From IMG/VR virus record IMGVR_UViG_3300008266_000118: 64,000 nucleotides of DNA; one strand, given 5' to 3'. Each line of letters starts with the position of its first letter. Within the stretch, counting starts at the first letter, position 1. The notes beneath the pieces were generated by a model, which did not search any database, was not told where the DNA came from, and saw nothing but the letters and a program-made list of their open reading frames with translations. Source of the stretch: a virus. Below, one piece after another: positions 20,966 through 30,866 of this stretch. The translations under genes and the position numbers were made by a program.

Positions 20966-21006
20966 TATGCATAAAAACCAAAAACCCCCTACTTTTCAGT
21001 AGAGGG
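20966..21006 (-). terminator. rho-independent terminator after the Ser/Thr-rich structural gene
   Basis: minus-strand hairpin GCCCTCTACTG-AAAA-GTAGGGGG followed by TTTTTGGTTTTTAT. Confidence 0.6.
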
Positions 21007-21049
21007 CTTGAGGGGAACGTATGGAAAAAAAAGAAAAAAAAGGTTTCTT

Positions 21050-22096
21050 TTATAGAGGTAATGCTCTCCACTTGAACAAGTTCAAGGTGCTTCCTGAAGT
21101 TAAGGCAGTGGTATTGCTTGACACATAAGTAGTATTACTTAACACGCCCAACACCTTGCTAATAACAGGAGTAGAAACAGAAACCAAGTAATCACCACCC
21201 ACAACATCTACAGAAGACAAAGCTCCTGTTACAGTCTGAACTTGGGTTGTGCTATTTAAAGCACCTGCGGTAATTGCACTAGTTAAAGCTGAACCTGCAA
21301 CTCTATAACCTGCTGCTAGACCTGTGATAGTTCCATAAGAACCTAACAAGTCACTGTAGTTAGCAGTAGAAGCGGTAGTAGCGCCTGTGTCAAACTTAAC
21401 CAAAACAACCGCTTGCAAGGTAGAAATCTCTCCTTTGAAAGCTCCACTTCCACTATAGGTAGTGCTGATATAATCAATCACCACTTCAGTGTAGTAGTAG
21501 CCTGCTGTCAAGTTACCCAAATCAGAGTAGGTCAAAGCGTTACCTGAAGTAGCGTAAGCATACTTGCTTTGCAACGCAGCTACAGTACCTTTAGCAGCTT
21601 TACCTACAGTACCATTTGCAGCTGATAGGTTTGTGAAAATCACTTCAGTTTGGCTAGAGTATGAATCAACATTAGCAGAAGTTCCACCTACTACGAAGAA
21701 AGGAAAACCTGTAGTACCTGTCAATACGATGGTAGCAGTACCTGTTGCGACTACACTTAAATCTGTATCAGCATTGATGATTGCTCTAGCTTGATTGCTA
21801 ATAAGAGTAGCAGTAGTAGTAGCAGCTGAAGTGAAAGAAACCAACTTTACCTTAGGTAATCCTGTACTTTTACTGAATGCGTTTATATAGAAAGTGTAAA
21901 CTGTATTAGCTGCTGAAGTAGGAGTAATAGTGATAACACCTGCTGTCTCTGCTTGAGGAGCAGTAATACTCACATTTCTAACATTATACGCATCAGCTGA
22001 AGCTACAGAAGCGATGTTCAAAATACCGTCTGAACCTACGGAAACATCAGTTCCTAATGCGGTAACTGAGTTTAAAACTTTAATTGCACTTATCAT
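21050..22096 (-). CDS. Ser/Thr/Ala/Gly-rich abundant virion protein (decoration or major tail candidate)
   Basis: 348 aa with strong S/T/A/G bias; followed by a strong rho-independent terminator. Confidence 0.45.
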   Translation of the reverse strand: MISAIKVLNSVTALGTDVSVGSDGILNIASVASADAYNVRNVSITAPQAETAGVITITPTSAANTVYTFYINAFSKSTGLPKVKLVSFTSAATTTATLISNQARAIINADTDLSVVATGTATIVLTGTTGFPFFVVGGTSANVDSYSSQTEVIFTNLSAANGTVGKAAKGTVAALQSKYAYATSGNALTYSDLGNLTAGYYYTEVVIDYISTTYSGSGAFKGEISTLQAVVLVKFDTGATTASTANYSDLLGSYGTITGLAAGYRVAGSALTSAITAGALNSTTQVQTVTGALSSVDVVGGDYLVSVSTPVISKVLGVLSNTTYVSSNTTALTSGSTLNLFKWRALPL

Positions 22097-22125
22097 TTGT
22101 ATTTTATTTTATTTTTTATTAAAAA

Positions 22126-23460
22126 TTAGTTACCATGATACATACAAGCAGCAGGATTCATCAACTGAGTTTGCTTATCCAAAGTAAAGTTAACTTGGCA
22201 TCCTTTCTTATCGGTAGCACCGTTTTGAACAGGATTACCTTTAGAGTCCATAGAACCCGCAACTTCCCAACGGAAAACATCAGCAGTGTTACCAAAGTAA
22301 TAGTCGCATACAAATGGTACACCAACACCTTGCTCGGTCTTGCACATATCTGTGTTCATCCACATAGCAGAACGTGAGCGGTTAGAGTATCCTGTTGTAG
22401 CATCTACACCAAAGATTTGCTTGTTATCAAGGAATGGGTCTTTGATGAACTTCAATTTCAAGCCTTCAAATCCATAAGTATAGATATTGATGCCTTCAAC
22501 TTCTTGTCCACCTACCACGTTATTCTTACCCGCAGTTAATACATATCCATCCAATGACTCTTGGATATCACCTAAGTACTGAGAACCGCAAAGAACTACG
22601 ATTTCTTCACCTGTGAAACCACCATTAGACACATACTGACGGATTACGTTCTTCAAAGTAGTTTCGGTTATAGCACCTGAAATACCTTGTGAGAATCCAC
22701 CCATAGTGTTGATTTGGTTGATTAATGAAGCGCCTACAGGTTTGTTAGCATCAGCTACAGCAGGGATGTTAGAATACAAACGAGCATAGTAAGTTTGCAT
22801 TAAACGCTGAAGAGCTTGGCTTTCTTTTTGTAAAGCGTAGAAATCTGAACCGTATTGGTTCTTGATGTAAGTTTTGTTGTTAACATCTTCGTGTGAGATG
22901 TAAGCACCTGCATCATACTGAGCAATGTAATTGCTATATTCAGTAGGCAAAGTGAAAACGGTCTCAGGAGTCAAACGATTGTTGATGTTACCCAACGCAC
23001 CTCTGTCTGAAACAATCTCATCGGCAAGGAAGTCGGCAGTGTCGCTGAAAGCAGAGTTACCTGTTCCTGTTGGCGAGTAAACGCAACGGATTGTCATAGT
23101 ACCTGCACCATTTGCAACAACTTCAGCCAAAGCACCACTCACAGAGATAACAGCGTTACCTACAGGGATTGCTTGGAAAGTAGTGTCAGCAAAAGTTAAC
23201 ACTAACAAAGCTCCGCTAGCGGTTCTTACGTTAATGGTAGCAGCAGGGTAGTCATTAGGCATCCTGTTGATGTTGAACTTACGATTGGTGGTCTTTTTCA
23301 AGATAGCACCATCTAGAACGTCAATTAGTTTTGATAACGCAGGACGTGCAAACTGCGGATTCATGATAGGCACTAAAGCTTCTACGCTTCTAGGCACTAA
23401 GTTACGTTGGTCAAATATTGACTGTAACGAATCTTGATTACTGATGTACGGAGTACTCAT
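22126..23460 (-). CDS. major capsid protein candidate
   Basis: 444 aa, directly downstream of an acidic coiled-coil scaffold-like gene; this order is conserved. Confidence 0.5.
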   Translation of the reverse strand: MSTPYISNQDSLQSIFDQRNLVPRSVEALVPIMNPQFARPALSKLIDVLDGAILKKTTNRKFNINRMPNDYPAATINVRTASGALLVLTFADTTFQAIPVGNAVISVSGALAEVVANGAGTMTIRCVYSPTGTGNSAFSDTADFLADEIVSDRGALGNINNRLTPETVFTLPTEYSNYIAQYDAGAYISHEDVNNKTYIKNQYGSDFYALQKESQALQRLMQTYYARLYSNIPAVADANKPVGASLINQINTMGGFSQGISGAITETTLKNVIRQYVSNGGFTGEEIVVLCGSQYLGDIQESLDGYVLTAGKNNVVGGQEVEGINIYTYGFEGLKLKFIKDPFLDNKQIFGVDATTGYSNRSRSAMWMNTDMCKTEQGVGVPFVCDYYFGNTADVFRWEVAGSMDSKGNPVQNGATDKKGCQVNFTLDKQTQLMNPAACMYHGN

Positions 23461-23491
23461 TTGTTTTGTTTATTTTAAAAAGGGTTTATAA

Positions 23492-24520
23492 TTAATCTAC
23501 ATTAATCACTCTTTGTTTTACATTGATTCCCCAAGACTTTTGATTTTCCTTGAGTTTGTCAACGGGTTCTGCAACGGGTGAATTACCTTTATTTGAACCA
23601 TCGGGATTTGCAAAACGCTTCATTGTTCCTTTCTTGCCCATCTCAAAAGCATTCTCGGCAATCTTTTGCCAATTCTGACTGATGAACTTGTTGAACAAAA
23701 AATCTTTTGCATTTAACTCTCCTGTTTTCACATCAATGTAAGGGGCTAGCTCATTCATGTTGTAATTTTTCTTTGTCTCCTCGATGAACTCCTTAGTCAT
23801 TTCGACACCATATACATCACCGCCAACAAGTTTTTCTGCAACCGAATCAATTACTACAAAGTCATTAGCTTTTATGACTTCTTCATTTTTTGCAATTTGT
23901 TCGGGTGTCAATTGTTGCGCCTTGAGTTGGGTCTCATACTCTTGTAGTCCCTTTATGATTTCATTCTCGTTTACAGACAATTCTTCTCGGAGTTGCTTCT
24001 CAATTCGAGCTTTCTCTAGACGGCTCTTGCCCTCGAAGATACTCATCTCTTCTTCTATGGCTTCCTCTAGCTCTTCTCCCTCTAATTGGAACTCACTCTT
24101 AACTTTTGCTGCAATCATCTCTTTGAATGACATCTTGGATACATCGTTGCCTACAATCTTTTGGGCTATCTCTTTCAAATCCTTACCTAATGTCAGTGCT
24201 TTAATAAAAGGATTGTTCTCGTATTGTTCTACCTGATTACGATATTGCTCGTACTCCTGTAACTTCTTCTGAACGTCCTCACTTAAAGCTTCTTGAGTTT
24301 CGGCTTTTTTAGGTTCTTCTACCTGTTTCAGTTTGTCAAAGAGCGAATTAACTTCTAATTCTGTTGTTGTTTCTTCCGCAGGTTTTTCAACTACGGGTTT
24401 TTGTTCTGTTGTCTGTTCTACTGTTTCAACCACCGTTTCCGCAGTAGTTTCTTCATTTTCTTCATTTTTTTGCTCAGAAAGTGCTTTTAACACTTGGTCA
24501 GCATAATAATCGTTTACCAT
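23492..24520 (-). CDS. scaffolding protein candidate
   Basis: 342 aa, highly acidic Glu/Lys/Gln-rich coiled-coil composition; located between portal and capsid. Confidence 0.5.
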   Translation of the reverse strand: MVNDYYADQVLKALSEQKNEENEETTAETVVETVEQTTEQKPVVEKPAEETTTELEVNSLFDKLKQVEEPKKAETQEALSEDVQKKLQEYEQYRNQVEQYENNPFIKALTLGKDLKEIAQKIVGNDVSKMSFKEMIAAKVKSEFQLEGEELEEAIEEEMSIFEGKSRLEKARIEKQLREELSVNENEIIKGLQEYETQLKAQQLTPEQIAKNEEVIKANDFVVIDSVAEKLVGGDVYGVEMTKEFIEETKKNYNMNELAPYIDVKTGELNAKDFLFNKFISQNWQKIAENAFEMGKKGTMKRFANPDGSNKGNSPVAEPVDKLKENQKSWGINVKQRVINVD

Positions 24521-24548
24521 TTTTTTTATTTTTTTTTATTCCTGATAG

Positions 24549-24556
24549 CAAAGATA
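24549..24556 (-). promoter_or_regulatory. -7 box TATCTTTG upstream of the scaffold gene
   Basis: same motif; 29 nt upstream of the ATG at 24520. Confidence 0.45.
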
Positions 24557-24598
24557 ATACACTTTTATATTACACTTTTATTCACTAGATTTGCATAG

Positions 24599-24811
24599 GT
24601 GTTAAATGCACCCTACAATAAAATCAACACTTACATGGATAATCAAGAAGAGAAAGAGAATTTAAAAAAGCAAAGGATATACGTCTATCTTTTACCTCAC
24701 AGGAAAAAGAAATTAAGACAAGTAGCCGACCAATTAGGAATGAGTGATAGTACGTTTTTAATTATGTGCTACAACTTTTGGATGCAACACAATAACAAGT
24801 CTTTAAATTAA
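24599..24811 (+). CDS. small HTH DNA-binding protein encoded by an opposite-strand moron
   Basis: only + strand gene inside the late region; QRIYVYLLPHRKKKLRQVADQLGMSDSTFL looks like a helix-turn-helix; flanked by a bidirectional terminator. Confidence 0.45.
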   Translation: MLNAPYNKINTYMDNQEEKENLKKQRIYVYLLPHRKKKLRQVADQLGMSDSTFLIMCYNFWMQHNNKSLN

Positions 24812-24814
24812 AAA

Positions 24815-24845
24815 CCCCGATTTTTAGGTCGGGGCTTTATTTATT
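24815..24845. terminator. bidirectional terminator between the portal gene and the HTH moron
   Basis: CCCCGA-TTTTTAGG-TCGGGG hairpin flanked by A-run on the left and T-rich sequence on the right. Confidence 0.55.
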
Positions 24846-26901
24846 GCATTTGTTGCATTTCTTGTTTAGCTAAAGAAGCGTCAGCATTTATCGCTGCCAC
24901 ATTCTCTTTGCCTTGTTGCTGCATCTGAGCTTGCTGCATCTGAGCTTGTAATTGAGCCTGCTGCATCTGCTCTTCACGCATCTGCTTCTCTTTCTCAACC
25001 TTCTCAAAGTAATTATACATCTCGCTCTTATTGTCAATCTGTAGTAATTTAACATAGTTTGAAATAGACATACCACCATTCTGTGCTAGAGCAGATGCGA
25101 ATTGTTTCAACTGCTCTTTCTCTTGCTCTTGCAATACACCATCAGGGTTGATATCTAAAAGGAAGTCTTCAAACTGCATCCTCTTCATATCTTCTAGCTT
25201 TAGAACCTCAACCATGGCATCTCCAATAACTAAGGTCAAATCACTATCTTCCTTCTCAGGTAATACTAACTTGGCATAATCAGCACTAAACTCTAACAGG
25301 TTTTTAATACCTGTCATAATGTTTTTGTAGTACCATGACATACCTAATGTACTTTGCTGTAAGTTAGAGTTAACAACAGCGGCACTTTGATATTGAGCTT
25401 GGAAGCCACGAGTCTGTTGCGGGATATTAATGATATCAGCAATTACGCTATCATAGTAACTAATCATATCCATGTAATAACGAACATTCGGGTCTAGAGT
25501 CCAATCTAAAGTCTCTACTAAATTCTGTCTCTTTGAATCAGGTGTCTCGTCAATATCTGCACCCTCCAAAACAATCATATTAGATTGCTTTAATTGAGAG
25601 ATTACATCAGGGGCAGTCAAACCTTCAGGCAGTTTGCTAGCATTTATGACAAAGGATTTACCTACGGCTCTAGAAGACAATTCAATCATCTTAGTAGCAA
25701 AGGCATCTTTGATATCTTGGTATCTCTTTAACATACCTACGATACCCATGTTATTACCTAAGATAGTATTTGGCGTAACGGTTCTAAAACGCAATCTCTT
25801 GCGAGTCTTATCCATCTTATTCCATACCTGACCTTCGCTAACCTTACAATTTTTTAAATATTTGTTTCCAATATAAACACCTTCCCTCAGTACCTCTACC
25901 CACTCACCGTCCATCTTCTCTAAAGAGCGCCACTGACCTCTAACAACCATCACCTTTGGAACCCCATTATTTAACTGCCACCACACTAAACCATTTACAC
26001 CCACATAGGTATTATACTGCGCCCACATAGTTTGAGCTTTAGCCATGGTCTGCAAGTCTTCAATCTCATCTTCTTCCCAATCAAATTCATCAAGCAAATC
26101 AGGGACACTCATAGCCATGATAGACCCTGCGTAGTCATCATCCTCGTGTTGGTCATCATTCTTACTCATATCAACAATAGCAGATTCAGGCGGTACAATG
26201 CGCCATTTAATCATTCCGCCATGTTCATACACTTCTATGGTAGACTGCCCGCCTAATGAAATGTATTGACTGAATTTAGCCAACGTAGGCATATATCTAT
26301 TGGTAATGAGAATATGTTTGGATATGTTTTGGTAAGCAATCTCCATACTCTCTTGAAAATCTTCTAGGTATTTATCTAACTCCTCTTGGGTTTTGAAATC
26401 CCTGTCAATAGGTTTAAAACCAACACCTGTAGCCATCTCTATTATATCAAAGAAAACCTTTTGTTGAGCCTTCAACTTAATGAAGTCCATAATCTCCTTC
26501 TTAACCGATACGGCATCTTTAGAGTATGCAGTTACATTTATGGTCTTAGGTAATGGCTCTAGCATTTGCCTAACAACACCATCAATGTGCAATAATATCT
26601 TGGTAATATCCATACCCCTAGTCATAGGGAAACGAGTGCTTTGCCCTAATTCATCTTGCACAAAGAAACCGTAATCAGAAGGATTCTGCCTGCCGAAGAA
26701 ATATTGGCATTGAGCTAAATAACTAGTAACATATCTATTATCATCAGTACCAATAGTTGCTGAAGTAGCATCAGCTCCGAAAGAAAATAAACGCCTATTC
26801 CACATTGAGGCTATAAACTGTAAATTCTTCCTGTATTCATCATCATCAAACTCAACAGCTTGAGGTGGTTGAACTCCTATTCCTGAATAAAATGTACTCA
26901 T
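24841..26901 (-). CDS. portal protein candidate
   Basis: 686 aa, immediately downstream of the terminase candidate; Q-rich C-terminal tail; promoter box TACATTTG 18 nt upstream. Confidence 0.45.
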   Translation of the reverse strand: MSTFYSGIGVQPPQAVEFDDDEYRKNLQFIASMWNRRLFSFGADATSATIGTDDNRYVTSYLAQCQYFFGRQNPSDYGFFVQDELGQSTRFPMTRGMDITKILLHIDGVVRQMLEPLPKTINVTAYSKDAVSVKKEIMDFIKLKAQQKVFFDIIEMATGVGFKPIDRDFKTQEELDKYLEDFQESMEIAYQNISKHILITNRYMPTLAKFSQYISLGGQSTIEVYEHGGMIKWRIVPPESAIVDMSKNDDQHEDDDYAGSIMAMSVPDLLDEFDWEEDEIEDLQTMAKAQTMWAQYNTYVGVNGLVWWQLNNGVPKVMVVRGQWRSLEKMDGEWVEVLREGVYIGNKYLKNCKVSEGQVWNKMDKTRKRLRFRTVTPNTILGNNMGIVGMLKRYQDIKDAFATKMIELSSRAVGKSFVINASKLPEGLTAPDVISQLKQSNMIVLEGADIDETPDSKRQNLVETLDWTLDPNVRYYMDMISYYDSVIADIINIPQQTRGFQAQYQSAAVVNSNLQQSTLGMSWYYKNIMTGIKNLLEFSADYAKLVLPEKEDSDLTLVIGDAMVEVLKLEDMKRMQFEDFLLDINPDGVLQEQEKEQLKQFASALAQNGGMSISNYVKLLQIDNKSEMYNYFEKVEKEKQMREEQMQQAQLQAQMQQAQMQQQGKENVAAINADASLAKQEMQQMQ

Positions 26902-26918
26902 TTGAAAATATTTTATTA

Positions 26919-26926
26919 CAAATGTA
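26919..26926 (-). promoter_or_regulatory. -7 box TACATTTG upstream of the portal gene
   Basis: TAnnTTTG; 18 nt upstream of the ATG at 26901. Confidence 0.4.
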
Positions 26927-26952
26927 CTACTTTAAACTGATAATCAATAGTG

Positions 26953-28794
26953 CTATACTTTCAACTCTTTTTCATACCACACAGGTTTCATTGACCCATT
27001 CTGCATCTCATACTTAACCATTTGAATCTTCCTAATAATCTTTACCTGAGTCCTATTACTCAGTATATCTCCCGAACCCCAACCATATAGTGCAGCCATA
27101 AAAGCATCCAAAATGTCCGTATTATCGTTAGACCCTTTGGTCGCATCTATTAATAGTTCTTTGAAGTAGACCATGTGGGAGTATTTCTTGAAATATATGT
27201 TTGCTGCCTCTATCTGCCAACGGAGAATAATATCTGCTCGGTAGAACCATGGCTTAGACCTATCCACCCAACCCGACTTATTCAAGTCTTTGCGTAGCAT
27301 AATCATCTTGCTAAGTCCTTCGTTAATCAGCATTTGTAGCAAATTTTCTGCACCCGCATTTAACTCGCACATTATCTTGCATCTGCCATATTTATTGTAG
27401 TGCTTTGCTAGGTTCATTAATTGAATATTGGCGTACTCTATACTTCTTGGTCTTTCTAAATAGATTGCAACAGGGCAGAATTGAATCTCACCCTGTGGGT
27501 CAACCCCTTTAGTTACTACGGCAGCGTACTTTGAATTACCACTGCTGCTACTAGTTAAATCAGAGGTCATAATGGTATCCCCTCCAATAATATAGTCTAC
27601 ACCTTCTTTTGGCTGCTCTAATATTAAAATAGGGCTATCTTTAACAGGGTCGGCAATAACAGAAGTGGCAGATACATTTATCTTATGAGGAACAGGTTTA
27701 AACTCCTGTTTTACCTTTGGCAGTTCTGTTAGCTGTGCATTAATCTTTTCTACGGTATATTCATCAAACAAACCACCACCCGCAAAGTTGAAGATATCAT
27801 TAATGTCTAATGGGTTGTTTTTAATGTAAGCGTTTAATTGGCTTTTGTCATCTAACTTTTCAAGTTCTTCTCGCCTTCTTAAAATCTCTTCTCGTGCCTT
27901 CTCATGGTTAGAGTGACCATTTACCATGTGCTTTCCAAAAGTAGCAGGCAGAAACAGAGTTTTAATCCTTAGAGCTTCAGCATTAGTGTATATATCCTGT
28001 ATCCTTCTGATGTCTTCTGAACTGATTGTATCTTCAGCTGTTCCGCCCATCATCAATCCACCGACAATCTTATTGATGGAATGGTCTGTAAAACACTCTA
28101 TCGCTGATGGGTAAAACTTCATCAGCCTTGGCATTAAAGGAGCTTCATCTGCAAAGCCATACATAGCACCTGAACCCGAAAACGCTGTGGCAGCTTTATC
28201 ACTCTCCTGTGTATCCCTGAAAGACAACTCCGATTCAGCGTACTTCTCTTCGCCATACTGATTGAAATACTTCATACCTATTTTTAGGTACGCATCATTT
28301 TTAGTCTGATTCTTATTTATTAGGTCGGGCTTAATAACAGGATTCATTTCTTCATAAGCCACCATTGTTTTCTCTGTAAACAAAGAGCTTAATGTAGTTT
28401 TATCCTTAGAAGTTATAATGCTTTTAGAATTGGGGAATACACGAGAGAAATAAAAGGGTAAATTCATCCCCCAACTTGAAAAACCGATACCCCTCGCTTT
28501 TAAGAAAAACATAGCATACCCATCATCCATAGATTGCTTGAACTTCTGCGATATAAGAACATCTGCATCCCTAACTGTTGGGTAATACATAAGCCCTCTA
28601 ATCCTATCCTTCAGCATGATTTCTTGAGCATAATAGTAAAGCATACCATTGACATCTTCACTATACCCTTCTACCCAATACTTCTTCTGCTTTGCCCAAT
28701 ACTTCTCCTCTTCATAAGCACTCTTAAACACGGTAGGATGTGGCTTTCTCGTAAAGAAAGGAGCAGGCGCTTTTATCTTATCAACTATTATCAT
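26953..28794 (-). CDS. terminase large subunit candidate
   Basis: 613 aa, sits upstream of the portal with ATGA overlap to a small upstream gene; no clean Walker A seen by eye. Confidence 0.45.
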   Translation of the reverse strand: MIIVDKIKAPAPFFTRKPHPTVFKSAYEEEKYWAKQKKYWVEGYSEDVNGMLYYYAQEIMLKDRIRGLMYYPTVRDADVLISQKFKQSMDDGYAMFFLKARGIGFSSWGMNLPFYFSRVFPNSKSIITSKDKTTLSSLFTEKTMVAYEEMNPVIKPDLINKNQTKNDAYLKIGMKYFNQYGEEKYAESELSFRDTQESDKAATAFSGSGAMYGFADEAPLMPRLMKFYPSAIECFTDHSINKIVGGLMMGGTAEDTISSEDIRRIQDIYTNAEALRIKTLFLPATFGKHMVNGHSNHEKAREEILRRREELEKLDDKSQLNAYIKNNPLDINDIFNFAGGGLFDEYTVEKINAQLTELPKVKQEFKPVPHKINVSATSVIADPVKDSPILILEQPKEGVDYIIGGDTIMTSDLTSSSSGNSKYAAVVTKGVDPQGEIQFCPVAIYLERPRSIEYANIQLMNLAKHYNKYGRCKIMCELNAGAENLLQMLINEGLSKMIMLRKDLNKSGWVDRSKPWFYRADIILRWQIEAANIYFKKYSHMVYFKELLIDATKGSNDNTDILDAFMAALYGWGSGDILSNRTQVKIIRKIQMVKYEMQNGSMKPVWYEKELKV

Positions 28795-29090
28795 ATTGCT
28801 CTTGTATTAGACTTTTCAGCCTTTTTAGTTGTAGCAACTTTCTCTTGAATGATAAAAAATGAAGACCCCTTTTCTAAAGAAGCCATAATCTTCTCTGCAT
28901 CTTTAGCCAATAAGAAGATGTTTTTTGCGAAAGGGTCGCTATCAAAATCTAGGCTTTTATTCTTAATCTGTTTAGTGATGTGTTCTACACCTTCTAATAG
29001 GGCGGTATAGAATTTAGCATGGGGCAAACCCTCATACTTAGCTAGTTTTTCCTCTAACTCTTTTATCTTTTCCTTGTCCGTCATGGACAC
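28791..29090 (-). CDS. possible small terminase subunit
   Basis: 99 aa, overlaps the start of the terminase-large candidate. Confidence 0.3.
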   Translation of the reverse strand: MSMTDKEKIKELEEKLAKYEGLPHAKFYTALLEGVEHITKQIKNKSLDFDSDPFAKNIFLLAKDAEKIMASLEKGSSFFIIQEKVATTKKAEKSNTRAI

Positions 29091-29097
29091 AAAGATA

Positions 29098-29391
29098 CTA
29101 TTTCTTGGCTCTGTTTTTAGATTTATTTTGCAGCTTAAACCCGTTCTTCAACGTACCGCCATCCTTCCTACTCTTGATATGAGCCACATCTAGCGCAGCC
29201 TTACCACCATTTTTACCTTTACCGTATATCCCTAATTCACGCCTTTTACCATTCAATTCTGCACGATACTCCTTCATTTCCTTTTTCTTGTTTATCTCCT
29301 TTTGAGACTCCCTACGCTTCTCAGCGCTTTTAGGGTTTTCGGCATAAAACCTAGAAGTTTTACTATTACCCATACTAGTTAATGATAACAA
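29098..29391 (-). CDS. small basic protein, hypothetical
   Basis: Lys/Arg-rich 97-aa ORF. Confidence 0.35.
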   Translation of the reverse strand: MLSLTSMGNSKTSRFYAENPKSAEKRRESQKEINKKKEMKEYRAELNGKRRELGIYGKGKNGGKAALDVAHIKSRKDGGTLKNGFKLQNKSKNRAKK

Positions 29392-29767
29392 AATTTAAAA
29401 ATATAGGAGAGTTTGTTGGGTTTAAGCTATCAAAATTACCGATAGTTACAGAGACTGTTGTTCCTGTTATTTCGTAGCTTAAAACAAAAGGAATACCAAG
29501 ACCATCATATTTTATAGAAAAAGAAAGTACAGAGCTTGCCGAAATACTAGAGTTGGTAAACTGAAATACATAGAAATCACTAACATTTATTGGTTGCGTA
29601 TATTCTACAATACCTGACCTACCATTAATAGTAGCAGTACTAATACCCGATGCGGTATTATTACTATTAAGCTTCAACAAATAAGTAGCTAAAATTGACG
29701 AAAAGTAATCCGTTAAATCAGCTAACTGCGTAGTATTCCACGCCTTTTTAAATACACCTAATGCCAT
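29375..29767 (-). CDS. hypothetical structural protein
   Basis: 130-aa ORF. Confidence 0.35.
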   Translation of the reverse strand: MALGVFKKAWNTTQLADLTDYFSSILATYLLKLNSNNTASGISTATINGRSGIVEYTQPINVSDFYVFQFTNSSISASSVLSFSIKYDGLGIPFVLSYEITGTTVSVTIGNFDSLNPTNSPIFLNFVIIN

Positions 29768-29769
29768 AA

Positions 29770-29991
29770 TTAATTTATAATATAATCTAACACTGCATCC
29801 ATAGCTTGATAATCATCATTGCCTATAGATATAGCATAATCTTCGTAATCTAATAAAATAGAATCCCAACCATCTAGGTTCTGAGTAGGAATCCCCCTAC
29901 CTAATTGCATACCTCTTAAAGAAGCCTTGTTTAAGTACTTCTTCATTTCAGTATTCATGCTAGCTAAACGTACACTCGGCTGCCTTACCAT
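29770..29991 (-). CDS. hypothetical protein
   Basis: 73-aa ORF. Confidence 0.35.
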   Translation of the reverse strand: MVRQPSVRLASMNTEMKKYLNKASLRGMQLGRGIPTQNLDGWDSILLDYEDYAISIGNDDYQAMDAVLDYIIN

Positions 29992-30866
29992 TGCTCTTCA
30001 ATAATTGAATAAAACTCTTGCGCCTCATCTAGCAAGTTCTGCATATATTGTAAATCAATTCCATAAGACTGAGCCTCCGAGAATCCCGCTACATTATAGT
30101 TAGCAATCAATTTCAATAGGTTGTTCTTTATATCTATGCTAGCATTTGCATTGTTAGCTAAAAGAATAAAATACCTTTGCAATGTTTGGTATATCTGCCC
30201 TGTAGTACAGAAGTATGTGGTTGTCTCAGAATCTAGCAAAGATATTGAAGGAGTGCCTGTAAAAGTAAATGTAGTTGCGGATGTAAACATTTCTCCCGCA
30301 TATATTTTACCACCATTTACTGTTATATAATCACTAACATTTGAGGCTACAACGATATATGTCCCCGCTGAAACAGTTCCCGCCTTATAAGAAGTGGTGA
30401 ACACCTGATAGTTTAAAGTGAACACATTATCTTCAAAAGTAAGAGAAGTGGTATTATACGTTTGGTCAGGAGAAAAAGAAACATACCCGCTATCAGATGG
30501 TATCCATGTTTGCCTCTGTCCATAGAAACCCGTCTCTGTTGCAGTATCAGTCCCTGACAAACTATAATCTGAAGCCAAATAAACCGTAGCTCCACTAACA
30601 TAAGATACACCATTTATTGTGGTACTTTGATTTAAAGTATACTCTCGCCAAGCCTCCAACTGAGAAGTAGTAACCGCTTCATTTACGCTGTTTACCGTTG
30701 CAAACATGAAACGAACTGCTGTAACGTCAAAGATAGAACCTGTGTAAGTAGAAGCGTCATACACCTCAACCGAGGTTAGTATGTTCTCGTCAAATGAAAT
30801 TAAATTGCTAGGTGTAATCATTTTTATCCGTAAGTAATTGTTCCAACAGAAGCAAGAATACACCAC
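29985..30866 (-). CDS. tail fibre / receptor-binding-like protein
   Basis: 293 aa, Ser/Thr/Tyr-rich, adjacent to a tail-fibre gene. Confidence 0.4.
   Translation of the reverse strand: MVYSCFCWNNYLRIKMITPSNLISFDENILTSVEVYDASTYTGSIFDVTAVRFMFATVNSVNEAVTTSQLEAWREYTLNQSTTINGVSYVSGATVYLASDYSLSGTDTATETGFYGQRQTWIPSDSGYVSFSPDQTYNTTSLTFEDNVFTLNYQVFTTSYKAGTVSAGTYIVVASNVSDYITVNGGKIYAGEMFTSATTFTFTGTPSISLLDSETTTYFCTTGQIYQTLQRYFILLANNANASIDIKNNLLKLIANYNVAGFSEAQSYGIDLQYMQNLLDEAQEFYSIIEEQW

Noticed and set aside
26953-28794. Clear Walker A (GxxxxGKT) in the terminase-large candidate
   Set aside because: Not found by eye. The call rests on position, size and overlap only, so confidence is kept moderate.
29098-29391. 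HNH endonuclease next to the terminase (motif VAHIKSRKDGGTLKN)
   Set aside because: It lacks the Cys pairs and the second His of HNH. It is only a basic low-complexity protein, so it is left as hypothetical.
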